A stretch of DNA of 64,000 nucleotides from Myxococcota bacterium (lineage in GTDB: Bacteria; Myxococcota; Myxococcia; Myxococcales; Myxococcaceae), in assembly GCA_049322255.1 (NCBI GenBank), contig JBMORE010000127.1, positions 1-64,000 of the forward strand, given 5' to 3'. Made by a program: the position numbers and the translations under genes. The notes beneath the pieces were generated by a model that saw only the letters and a list, made by a program, of their open reading frames with translations, was not told the DNA's origin and did not search any database. This document shows positions 10,004-18,350 of this stretch, one piece after another (the first letter of the stretch is position 1; every line of letters starts with the position of its first letter).

Positions 10004-10489
10004 ATGAGCGTCATCGGATGGATCGCCGAGTTCCGCACCCTGCACGAGAAGGCGCAAAAGAAGGCCCTCTCCGAAGCGGACAAGAAGCTCTACCTCGACG
10101 CGCGCGAACAGTTGGCGCGGGCGCTGGCCGGAGCGCAAGGCTTGGTGCTCAAGCCTGGCGAAAAAGCGCGCGAGCACTTTCGCGTCGCACAGTTGATGCA
10201 GATCGAGCTGAGCCTGGCGCGGGAGATGGTGAAGTGCGCCACGCAAGACGTCTCTCTGGGCGGGTGCTCGGTGACCATGGCCAAGCCTCCGGAGGAGAAC
10301 GAGGTGGTGGGTTTTACTCTCAAGCTTCCCGGCGGAGTCGACCCGCTCGTGGGTCGCGCCCAGACCGTGAGCATCAAGCGCGGCGCTGGCAACGCGCGGG
10401 TGTCGCTTTCTTTCCAGGGGCTCTCGGAAGCCGACCGGGAGCGGCTGGAAATGGTGTTGTTCGACCTCGCGCTCGCGCGTCTTCGTTGA
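10004..10489 (+). CDS. PilZ-domain c-di-GMP-binding protein
   Basis: Both the RxxxR (REHFR) and DxSxxG (DVSLGG) motifs are present. Confidence 0.85.
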   Translation: MSVIGWIAEFRTLHEKAQKKALSEADKKLYLDAREQLARALAGAQGLVLKPGEKAREHFRVAQLMQIELSLAREMVKCATQDVSLGGCSVTMAKPPEENEVVGFTLKLPGGVDPLVGRAQTVSIKRGAGNARVSLSFQGLSEADRERLEMVLFDLALARLR

Positions 10490-10497
10490 CCGAGGCG

Positions 10498-12507
10498 CTA
10501 AGGGCAGCGCCCGAGGTCGATGGAGGAAGGGCTGATGAGCGCCCCCGCCTTGGTGCAATCCACAGCGATGCTTCGAAGGAAGATCTGACCAGCGGCTCCG
10601 CCGCCGCCACCGCCTCCGGCATTGCAGGACCCACAGCTGGCGGCATCGGCGCCGTTCGTCGGGCTCGACGAGCCGGCTCCTCCTTGACCGCCGGATCCAC
10701 CGCGGCCTTGGCCGGTGCCTCCCACGGCGGGCACATCGGAGTTGGTCGTTCCGTCGACGCCGTCGCCCGCTGACCCGTTTTCGGCTCCGCCACCCCCGGC
10801 GCCCCCGTTGGACGTGATCCGGGCGCTCGAGGAAAGCACCAACTCATTGGCTTCTAGAAAGACGGTGCCGCCGCTGCCGCCGCCTCCCCCAGCCGCCCCC
10901 ATACCCGGCGAGCCGTTTCCGCCCATGGCGCTGCTGGAAACCACGCCCGCCACGGTGAGCTTGCCGGCCACCGAAAGCTGAAGGGCGCCTCCGCCTGCGC
11001 CGCCCTGAACGAAGCTGCCGCCGTTGGCGGCGCCTCGTCCCCCCGCACACCCACCCCGCAGTGGGACAGGTAGCAGCGCCGATCGCGCCTGGCCCGCCGC
11101 GCCACCAGGCGAAGAGCTGCCGGTGCCGCTGCCGCCGGCTCCTCCGGCGGTACGGTTTCCCGCGCCGCCCCCGCCTCCGCCGCTTTGATTCCAGGTTCCG
11201 TTTTCGCCGGGTTCCGCTCCGCAGAGGCGGTTGGTTCCAGCTCCGCGACGAAGTGGCAGACGGGCCGAATTGGCGAGGAGAGCACCGCTGATGACTGCGT
11301 CGCCATAAACCGCCAGGACGACCGCTCTGTTTCCCACCAGGTTCAACGACGAAACAGACTCGATGGTCAGTGCCTGTGCTGCCAAGACGACGATGTTCCC
11401 TACCCCCGCGTCGACCACCATGACCGCCGGAGCGGTAGAAGGACACCCAGCGCCCGACAAGTTGATGAAGGTCGCCGTATCGGAATCGAACGTCGCTTGG
11501 CAAGCGGGCAGGGCCAGAGGGCCGCTTGGAGCGATCGCCGTTGGGTCGAAGTTGCTGGGCGCGTACGAGAACGCCCGAGGCCCGCACCCTCCATCCGCCG
11601 TGCAAAGCCCGCCGCCGCTGCAGGGCTGCCCCGCCTGCACGCTGTAGTTGCAGCCGCCGTCTCCTTGGCACACCCCGCCGCCGTGGCACTCGGTCGGAGG
11701 AGAAGCGCAGCTGTAGGTCGTTCCCACGCACACTCCTCCGGTGGTGCACAGGTCGGTGTGGGTACAAGCGGCGAAATCATCGCAGGCGACATCGGAGCTG
11801 ATGCCGTACGTACAACCTCCGTCGCTCACGCAGGCGCCGGCACTGTGGCATGGTTGCGGCGGAGCGCAGGTGGGTGGCCCGCTGCAGCCGATGCTAGGGA
11901 GGCAGAGGTAGTTGGTTTGGCAGGCCCGCCGATCGCACAGCTGGTTGACGCAATCGGAGTCAGCGCAGTCGACGCGGCTGTCTCCGTCGTTGTCCAGCGT
12001 GTCAAAACAGTTGGTTTCGCCCGGTCCGCACACTCCGTCGCCTCGGCAGCTGCCCGCGTCGCAGGGGCTTCCCACCGTGGCCCGGTAGTCACACCCGCCG
12101 TCGATGCAGCCACCGGGGCACTCCCCGGTGTTCCCATTGCAGATGAGCTCGTCTCCGCGGCAGCTGCCTTCGGCGCGGCAGCGGTCCAACACCGTGCAAG
12201 CGTCTTGGTCGTCGCAGGTCTCGTCCAGGCAGTCGGGGTCCGCGCAGTCGCGCAGGCCATCGCCGTCGTCATCGGCACCGTTACCGCACACTTCGACCTT
12301 GGGCTCGCCGCCGTCAGGAACCGAGGCATCCTCCCCGGCATCGTTCATCGGCTTCGGCTGGGCGGTGCTGCAAATGCCCTGCAGGCAGCGAAAGCCCAAA
12401 GCGCATTGCTCGTCTGTCTCGCAGCGGAAGCGGGCCGAGTCGATGTCGGGGTCTCCCGTCGGGCAGCCCCAAAGCCAGAGCGCAGTCAGTCCGACCCAGC
12501 GCCTCAC
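10498..12507 (-). CDS. Cys-rich lipoprotein with a Gly-rich C-terminal domain
   Basis: GTG at 12507 overlaps the upstream TGA; lipobox LWGC; CxNGxDDDGDGxxDCADxDC repeats; C-terminal GGGGGG(A/S)G tracts. Confidence 0.75.
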   Translation of the reverse strand: MRRWVGLTALWLWGCPTGDPDIDSARFRCETDEQCALGFRCLQGICSTAQPKPMNDAGEDASVPDGGEPKVEVCGNGADDDGDGLRDCADPDCLDETCDDQDACTVLDRCRAEGSCRGDELICNGNTGECPGGCIDGGCDYRATVGSPCDAGSCRGDGVCGPGETNCFDTLDNDGDSRVDCADSDCVNQLCDRRACQTNYLCLPSIGCSGPPTCAPPQPCHSAGACVSDGGCTYGISSDVACDDFAACTHTDLCTTGGVCVGTTYSCASPPTECHGGGVCQGDGGCNYSVQAGQPCSGGGLCTADGGCGPRAFSYAPSNFDPTAIAPSGPLALPACQATFDSDTATFINLSGAGCPSTAPAVMVVDAGVGNIVVLAAQALTIESVSSLNLVGNRAVVLAVYGDAVISGALLANSARLPLRRGAGTNRLCGAEPGENGTWNQSGGGGGGAGNRTAGGAGGSGTGSSSPGGAAGQARSALLPVPLRGGCAGGRGAANGGSFVQGGAGGGALQLSVAGKLTVAGVVSSSAMGGNGSPGMGAAGGGGGSGGTVFLEANELVLSSSARITSNGGAGGGGAENGSAGDGVDGTTNSDVPAVGGTGQGRGGSGGQGGAGSSSPTNGADAASCGSCNAGGGGGGGAAGQIFLRSIAVDCTKAGALISPSSIDLGRCP

Positions 12508-13529
12508 GGCAGCTCTCCTCCCAGGCCCACCGATGCGCTCGCGCGGCCTTGCCGAAAGTCCAGCCACAGAAGAACTCCCGAGGTCGCGGCCAATGCCGTG
12601 CCGGCAGCCAGAAGGATGTTCGCCGCCGCGGCGTTCCCATCGGCCTGAGCCCGCATCTCCACCGCCTCTTTCTGGGAGATTCCAGTGACCACCCCGCTGG
12701 CATCCGTCTGGTCCAGCCGCCGCCGCAAATCAGCGCGGGTCGAGTTTGAGCGGATGCCGAGCCACCCCCCCGCTCCCAGTGTCACCGTGGCGAGCGCTGC
12801 GCAGCCGTAGCCCGCGAGGCGCACGCTCGCCGAGGTGGAACCCCGCTCATGGGGAGAGGCTGTGGTCAGCTCCGGGCTCAGGGCGCGGGGGACCACGGCC
12901 TTCGCTCGAAGGGGTGACTGAGCGCTACCCAGCTCGAGCAGCACGGCGTGGCGCTCACCCAAAAGCTCGGAGAACCACTCCACCTCGGAAAGCCCGGCCA
13001 CGGGCGCGCGGGCGAACCCTTCTGCCGACAGGCGGTGCACCTGCTCCACCCATTCCCCTCCCGGAGCCCGGAGGTGAAAGCGCACGGCGCGCGCCAACTG
13101 GAGAGCGTCGTTTTTCACTTCCACCACCACTTCGTCTATCGCGCTGGGTTGGTCAGCCGCCGGCACCGCTGAGAGCTCGAGCGGGGGGTGGCTGGTCAGC
13201 CAAGCCTTGGCTTCGAAAAAAGGAGTGGTGATTCGCGGCGCGTAGCCCGTCACCTCTTTGTCTGGGGCCAGCGCAAGCAACGCTCGAAAAGCAGCCACGG
13301 CCTTCTGTGGCTTGGAAAGTGTCCCGGCGATCACCCCTTGCAGCTCGAGCAGGCGGAGCAGCTCGCTGCGCGAAAGGTTCGGCTGCAGCAATCTGAGCTC
13401 GGTGGCTCGCTCAGCCTCGGTGTAGTGGAGGTTTGCCAGGAGCGACTCGATCTCCTTCACCCCGGCGTCGACCGGCGTGGGCGCGGGTGCGCTGGATAGG
13501 ACTGCAGCCATGGCGAGCACTGCCTGCAC
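12504..13529 (-). CDS. Exported TPR-like protein with C-terminal hydrophobic segments
   Basis: Signal-like N-terminus; TPR-like AVAAFRALLALAP; two C-terminal hydrophobic helices. Start uncertain. Confidence 0.6.
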   Translation of the reverse strand: MQAVLAMAAVLSSAPAPTPVDAGVKEIESLLANLHYTEAERATELRLLQPNLSRSELLRLLELQGVIAGTLSKPQKAVAAFRALLALAPDKEVTGYAPRITTPFFEAKAWLTSHPPLELSAVPAADQPSAIDEVVVEVKNDALQLARAVRFHLRAPGGEWVEQVHRLSAEGFARAPVAGLSEVEWFSELLGERHAVLLELGSAQSPLRAKAVVPRALSPELTTASPHERGSTSASVRLAGYGCAALATVTLGAGGWLGIRSNSTRADLRRRLDQTDASGVVTGISQKEAVEMRAQADGNAAAANILLAAGTALAATSGVLLWLDFRQGRASASVGLGGELP

Positions 13530-13594
13530 GAGGCGACCGTAACATCGCCCTCCTCGATTTGACACGTTGAGACCCCACCCCAATAGTTGGGCTC

Positions 13595-15319
13595 GTGGTC
13601 ACCACGGAGACGCTCTCCAGCCCTGGCACGTGGCTACCGAACGGCACCGTAGGTCGATACCAGCTCTTGACCCGGCTCGCGACCGGCGGCATGGCGGAAA
13701 TCTGGTTGGCGCGCCAGGCAGGCCCCAAGGGTTTCGAGAAGGTGGTGGTGATCAAGAAGATCATCGACTCCTTGAGCGAAGATCCCGAGTTCATCGAGAT
13801 GCTCCTCGACGAGGCGCGTATCGCGGCTCAGCTGAGCCACCCCAACATCGTTCAGATTCTCGACCTCGGCCAAGCAGACGGCAGCTACTACATCGCCATG
13901 GAGTACCTGGCGGGCGAGAGCCTTGCCGCGGTCGCTCGGGCGGGGAAAAAGGCTTCGCTTCCGTTGCCGCTGAGCCACGCGGTTCGCATCATCGCCTCGG
14001 CCGCCGAGGGGCTCGCCTACGCCCACACCAAGCCGGACCTCTCCGGCAAGCCGCTGGAAATCATTCACCGCGACATCTCTCCGCAGAACTTGGTCATTAC
14101 CTACGACGGCATCGTCAAAATCGTCGACTTCGGAATCGCCAAAGCGGCCAACCGCAGCAGCAACACCCTGGATGGGCGGGTCAAGGGGAAGGTCCACTAC
14201 ATGAGCCCGGAGCAGGCGCGCGGCGACCCACTCGACGCCCGCACCGACGTTTTCGCGCTGGGGGTGGTGCTGTGGGAAGCCATCACCGGGCGCAGGCTGA
14301 TTCAGGGCGAGAACACGCTCCTGTCGATGGAGGCGATCGGCCTCTCCACGGCGCCCTTCCCCCGCGCCAAGGAGGTCAACGCCGCCGTTCCTCCCGAGCT
14401 GGAAGAGGTGGTCGCCCGCGCCATCGAACGCGACCGGGGGCGCCGCTTCCCCAGCGCCCGCGCATTCCAGAGCGCCCTGGAGGCCTGGCTGCGCACCCGT
14501 GACGACACTCCTGGAGCGACGGAGCTGGGCTCGTACATGGAGCTGCTCTTTCGTGATCGAATTCGCGAGCGCGGGGCGCTCATCGAGGCCGCCCGTGTCG
14601 GGGGAGTTCCACCGGAGGAGACGAGGCTTCGACGCGACACCGAACCGTCGATGCCAGGTAGGTCCAACCCAGCGCCCGCGCACGCTCCCCTCCGGCGGTG
14701 GTGGCTCGGAGCTGTTGGCGGAGCGCTTCTGGTGATGGGGTCGTTGGGCGGAGCCCTGCTTTGGCGCGCTACCCCGTTCGAGCCGGCCTTGCATGCGGAG
14801 GTGCCCAGCGTTCCCCCGGTTCTGCCGCCGGCGCCTGTCTCGCGACCGACGATGCTTCGCGTCAGCACTCATCCTCCGGGTGCCCAAGTCCTCGTGGACG
14901 GAGCGCTCCGTGGTGTCAGCCCTGTCGAGGTGCCCGCGCTGGTCACCGGGGAGCATGAGGTCATCGCTCGCCTCGCCGGTCATCAGGAGGTGACCCGCCC
15001 AGTGCGCATCGACCGTGAAGGCGCCACCCTCGAAGTGATGCTCGACCTGCCAGCCGTTCAAGACGTCAAACCTCCTGTTGCGGTACCCCCACCGCGCCGC
15101 CGGCCACCTGCCAAGCGCGGCTATTTGACGCTCGACACCAGTCCGTGGACGGAGGTGTATTTGAACGGCCGAAAGCTGGGCGACACCCCGCTGGTGAAGG
15201 CCGCGGTCCCCGCCGGCAAGCTCAAGCTCACCTTGAAAAACCCCGAGAAGGGCCTGGAGCGCTTCATCGAGCTCACCGTGCCGCCTGACCAAACGACAGC
15301 GAAGCGGCTCAGCTTCTAG
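13595..15319 (+). CDS. Membrane Ser/Thr protein kinase with periplasmic PEGA domains
   Basis: Motifs GGMAEIW, VIK, HRDISPQN, DFG and YMSPEQ; TM helix; PEGA-like STHPPGAQVLVDG and VYLNGRKLGDTP. Confidence 0.92.
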   Translation: MVTTETLSSPGTWLPNGTVGRYQLLTRLATGGMAEIWLARQAGPKGFEKVVVIKKIIDSLSEDPEFIEMLLDEARIAAQLSHPNIVQILDLGQADGSYYIAMEYLAGESLAAVARAGKKASLPLPLSHAVRIIASAAEGLAYAHTKPDLSGKPLEIIHRDISPQNLVITYDGIVKIVDFGIAKAANRSSNTLDGRVKGKVHYMSPEQARGDPLDARTDVFALGVVLWEAITGRRLIQGENTLLSMEAIGLSTAPFPRAKEVNAAVPPELEEVVARAIERDRGRRFPSARAFQSALEAWLRTRDDTPGATELGSYMELLFRDRIRERGALIEAARVGGVPPEETRLRRDTEPSMPGRSNPAPAHAPLRRWWLGAVGGALLVMGSLGGALLWRATPFEPALHAEVPSVPPVLPPAPVSRPTMLRVSTHPPGAQVLVDGALRGVSPVEVPALVTGEHEVIARLAGHQEVTRPVRIDREGATLEVMLDLPAVQDVKPPVAVPPPRRRPPAKRGYLTLDTSPWTEVYLNGRKLGDTPLVKAAVPAGKLKLTLKNPEKGLERFIELTVPPDQTTAKRLSF

Positions 15320-16476
15320 GCGACGTATTTGTCGGCGGCGAAGGCGGCGGTGAGTAGCAAAAGGCCGAGCGCGCTGGCGAAGAGCCACCAGCGCAAGAGC
15401 GGCCGCCGGTTTTCCGAGAGTAGCGCCAGGGTGAGGAAGAGGGGAAAGGCGGCGATGGTGTAACGCCCCAAGCCCATGAAGTCCTTGCTCGACAGCGTGG
15501 GAATGCCGATGGCCGCGAGGGAGTAGAGCGCGTACCCCTTGCCGAGCTGCCGCCAGGTGGGCACGACGAGCGCCAGGCCACCCAAAGCGATGAGCCCGTG
15601 GGCGAGCTTGAGAAAAGTGCCCGGTCGGTGCACTTCGATGAGCTCTTCGAAGAGGGAGAGCTTGAGCCAGGTCTTCCACCCCACGCCCTGGGCCCAACCG
15701 GGAGCGGACTGGGTATGCACGAACGCCAAGGGATCATCGAAGCGCAAACCCAGATAGGTCATGTAGGCGACTAGCCCTGTGGCCGCGAGCAGAGGAAGCA
15801 GAAGCGCAAGTCCAAGAGCGGCGCCCCGCGCTTTGCGAAGCTCGAAGTGGCGCACGGTGAGCCCGAGCACGACCGCCGGAGCGATGGGCCTGGCCGCGGT
15901 GGCAATCGCTCCGAGCAGAATCGCCCACCCGAGCTGCTCTTTCTCCAGGGCCCAGAAAGCGCCGACGACCGCGAGGAGGAAGAGAGCGTCGGAGTACATC
16001 GCTCCGTAGAGGAAAAAGGAGAAAGGGTAGAGGGAAAGCAGCGCGGTGGCGGTGAGCGCGCTTCGGCTCGGCGAGAGCCGCTCGGCCCAGCGAAAGAACA
16101 GAAGCAGCGCGGCAAGCCCGCAGCCGGCGGACACGAGAATGCCGCCGTGGTAGCGGTTGAGACCGAGCGCTTGGAACGCGCCCACCACGAGTGGGTAGGC
16201 GGGAAAGAAGGCGACCGGGCTCTGCTCCCCCGGGGTGTACCAGTAGCCCGTCGCGGCGATTTGCGCGTACCAGCCCGCGTCCCAGTGCACCCAGGCGCGG
16301 GCCAGCGGGTGGGAGGGGAAGTCGGGGGTGCCTTGGGTCCAGTTCTCGGGAAGAAGAAAGCTGGCAGAGCTGGTGGCGACGACGAGGCCGGCGAGGAAGA
16401 TGCTTCCCACCATCAGCGCCGCGAGCCTGGGCGGCGGCATTCGGACCAAGGCGGCCGGGTTCGGCCAGGCGAGCAT
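15316..16476 (-). CDS. GT-C fold membrane glycosyltransferase (PIG-V/mannosyltransferase-like)
   Basis: WDAGWY...IA..GY, AFFPAYP and YSDALFL; multiple TM helices. Confidence 0.8.
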   Translation of the reverse strand: MLAWPNPAALVRMPPPRLAALMVGSIFLAGLVVATSSASFLLPENWTQGTPDFPSHPLARAWVHWDAGWYAQIAATGYWYTPGEQSPVAFFPAYPLVVGAFQALGLNRYHGGILVSAGCGLAALLLFFRWAERLSPSRSALTATALLSLYPFSFFLYGAMYSDALFLLAVVGAFWALEKEQLGWAILLGAIATAARPIAPAVVLGLTVRHFELRKARGAALGLALLLPLLAATGLVAYMTYLGLRFDDPLAFVHTQSAPGWAQGVGWKTWLKLSLFEELIEVHRPGTFLKLAHGLIALGGLALVVPTWRQLGKGYALYSLAAIGIPTLSSKDFMGLGRYTIAAFPLFLTLALLSENRRPLLRWWLFASALGLLLLTAAFAADKYVA

Positions 16477-16507
16477 GGAGCGCGGTTTACTGGACAGGGG
16501 CGAAAAG

Positions 16508-16553
16508 GAAAGGGCCGAGACCGGAATTTTTCTTCCACGATCTCGGCGCTTTC
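16508..16553 (-). terminator. Hairpin downstream of the displaced tRNA 3' half; probable original tRNA-operon terminator
   Basis: GAAAG-G-GCCGAGA ... TCTCGGC-G-CTTTC inverted repeat, followed by a T-run on the minus strand. Confidence 0.45.
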
Positions 16554-16557
16554 ACCT

Positions 16558-16600
16558 GCGAGGGGTAGGGGACTTGAACCCCTGACCTCCGGCGTGACAG
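16558..16600 (-). repeat. att site (duplicated 3' part of tRNA-Asp)
   Basis: gcgaggggtaggggacttgaacccctgacctccggcgtgacag is identical to 18134-18176. Confidence 0.95.
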
Positions 16601-16750
16601 TTCGGCTGGAAGTCCAAGCTGGTCCAGCCCGAGTAGACGGGCTTCGTCATCTCAGGCACTTGGAAGCTGTCCGTCGCGGGCGGTCCGTGTGGAACGGACG
16701 CCAAGGGGTCTGGTGGGAAGTCGAGAGCCCCGATCTGGCCCGATGCGCCC

Positions 16751-16778
16751 TTGCCCAATTACTGTAATACGTTAGAAT
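16751..16778 (+). promoter_or_regulatory. Sigma70-like promoter of the TA operon with a palindromic operator
   Basis: TTGCCC-16nt-TAGAAT; ATTACTGTAAT palindrome at 16758-16768; GTG start only 6 nt after the -10, so the mRNA is likely leaderless. Confidence 0.6.
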
Positions 16779-16784
16779 ACGATT

Positions 16785-17048
16785 GTGCGTTTGAGGCGGT
16801 TGCGTTGGGACGACGAGAACATCGAGCACATTGCTCGGCATGAGGTCAGCCCCGAGGAAGCCGAGCAGGCATGTCGCCTCCGCCCGAAAGTCCGACGGGG
16901 ACGGTGTGGCCGGTATCTGGTGCTCGGTTGTACCGCAGAGGGCCGGTACTTGCTGGTCGTGGTGACCTACCTTGGGGGCGGTGAGGCGAGGGTCATCACC
17001 GCGCGGGACATGGACCAGCGAGAACGTGCCATTTACAGGCGGAAGTAG
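16785..17048 (+). CDS. brnT: BrnT-family (RelE-fold) ribonuclease toxin
   Basis: WDDENIEHIARHEVS.EE, R..VLG.T..GR.L.VV and RVITAR. Confidence 0.8.
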   Translation: MRLRRLRWDDENIEHIARHEVSPEEAEQACRLRPKVRRGRCGRYLVLGCTAEGRYLLVVVTYLGGGEARVITARDMDQRERAIYRRK

Positions 17049-17067
17049 CCGAGCAGGAGAAAGAACG

Positions 17068-17373
17068 ATGGCAAGGCGAAAGACCACGAAGAAAGCGAAG
17101 CGGGAGCCGATGCCCGGCAGAGGAGCATCCGACCGGGAGGTGGCGGAGTTCTGGGAGGCGCACTCGGTCGCGGACTACTGGGACGAGCTGGAGCCTGCCG
17201 AGCTGACCAAGCGGCACAAGCCACGGCAGGTGGTGACCCTACGCCTCGATCCACAGGCGGTGGAGGCGCTCCGGGCGTTGGCGCAACGGAAGGGCATCAA
17301 CTACTCGACGCTCGCCCGCGCGTGGATCGCCGAGCGGCTCCGAGATGAACTTGGGGCGAATCAATCGAAGTAG
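17068..17373 (+). CDS. BrnA/CopG-family RHH antitoxin
   Basis: RBS AGGAGA; EFWEAHSVADYWD and VTLRL...ALAQRKGINYSTL.R.WI.E. Confidence 0.8.
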   Translation: MARRKTTKKAKREPMPGRGASDREVAEFWEAHSVADYWDELEPAELTKRHKPRQVVTLRLDPQAVEALRALAQRKGINYSTLARAWIAERLRDELGANQSK

Positions 17374-17381
17374 GAGGAAGC

Positions 17382-18056
17382 ATGGGCTCCGTTTTCAACC
17401 GAGGCACGAGGGACAACCGCAACTGGTTCGTGAAGTTCAAGGACCGCGACGGCGTGTGGAAGATGGTGCCGTCAAACCAGCCCACCAAGGAGCTGGCGCG
17501 GCAGTACCTCGCGCAAATCGAGTCGAACATCGCCGCAGGGAAGGTCGGGATTCAGCGGACGGAGGACTTTCGGCGCTGCGATGACTTGATGAAGCAGTGG
17601 GCGGCGACCATCACCAATCGCAATGCGCACGAAGATCGCGGGCGGATGGCGAAGCACCTCCTGCCCGTCTTTGGCTCCATCCTTCTTCCCGATGTCACCC
17701 TCGCGGTGGTGATGGGGCACCCGCCTCCGAAGATGCTCGCGCGGTGCTCGGGGCTTGGATCGCCCGACGGCAGACCGAAGACTTGTCGCCAGAGGCGCTG
17801 CTGTTTCCATGCCCCTCACGCGGTGGTCGCCCCTACCGGAAGGAGCACATCGAGGCGTGCTGGGAGCGCGTAGCTGAGGCGAAGGGCATCGCTCGACGAG
17901 GTGAGCGCGGCGGTCGGTCACTCTTCTCCGGTTGTCACGCGCCGGTACTACGACCACTTCGTTCGCCGGTCCTTCTCTTCGGCTCTGCGGAGTGGACTTG
18001 GGCTGGGAGCGGGCGCACCGCTCAACGTCGTGCCCCTCCAACAGAGCGGTGGGTAG
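17382..18056 (+). pseudogene. Tyrosine integrase remnant in three reading-frame fragments
   Basis: N-terminal arm-binding/core part (MGSVFNRG...HLLPVFG); middle piece (LLFPCP.RGGRPY); C-terminal box II (SLDEVSAAVGHSSPVVTRRYYDH). Frames shift near 17714 and 17888. The catalytic R and HxxR segments are missing. Confidence 0.85.
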
Positions 18057-18082
18057 GCAGGCGTACACCGCCTTCGAACACC

Positions 18083-18127
18083 GAGGGCCGAAGTCACTGG
18101 CTGAAATCACCAGCAACTTCGGCCCTC
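18083..18127. other. Inverted repeat immediately 3' of the restored tRNA-Asp (element-borne terminator/att-associated hairpin)
   Basis: GAGGGCCGAAGT ... ACTTCGGCCCTC. Confidence 0.6.
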
Positions 18128-18134
18128 TCTTCAG

Positions 18135-18208
18135 CGAGGGGTAGGGGACTTGAACCCCTGACCTCCGGCGTGACAGGCCGGCGTTCTAACCAGCTGAACT
18201 AACCCCCC
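18135..18208 (-). tRNA. tRNA-Asp(GTC)
   Basis: Cloverleaf GGGGGGT TA GTTC..GAAC G CCGGC CT GTC AC GCCGG AGGTC AGGGG TTCAAGT CCCCT ACCCCTC G; CCA not encoded. Confidence 0.97.
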
Positions 18209-18220
18209 AATTGGGTTACT

Positions 18221-18292
18221 TGGGCGGAACAGGGATCGAACCTGTGACATTCGCCTTGTAAGGGCGACGCTCTACCGCTGAGCTATCCGCCC
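18221..18292 (-). tRNA. tRNA-Val(TAC)
   Basis: Cloverleaf GGGCGGA TA GCTC..GAGC G TCGCC CT TAC AA GGCGA ATGTC ACAGG TTCGATC CCTGT TCCGCCC A; CCA not encoded. Confidence 0.97.
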
Positions 18293-18321
18293 GACCTCGT
18301 TCCGACCAGCAGCGGAGCGGC

Positions 18322-18350
18322 CTTGTAATGGTGGGTTTGTAGGCTGTCAA
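18322..18350 (-). promoter_or_regulatory. Sigma70-type promoter of the tRNA-Val/Asp operon
   Basis: TTGACA-17nt-TACAAG followed by a GC-rich discriminator; the -35 overlaps the TGA stop of the upstream gene. Confidence 0.65.

Larger units (their letters stand above)
16558..18176. mobile_element. Minimal integrated element (island remnant) in tRNA-Asp
   Basis: Perfect 43-bp direct repeats at 16558-16600 and 18134-18176 correspond to the tRNA-Asp 3' half up to the anticodon loop; they enclose a TA pair and an integrase remnant. Confidence 0.9.

Noticed and set aside
16558..16600. Second tRNA-Asp gene
   Set aside because: Only the 3' half up to the anticodon loop is present, with no D-arm or 5' acceptor strand; it is an att repeat.
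17382..17873. Functional integrase CDS
   Set aside because: The frame leaves integrase-like sequence after ~111 aa; the catalytic segments are deleted or in other frames.
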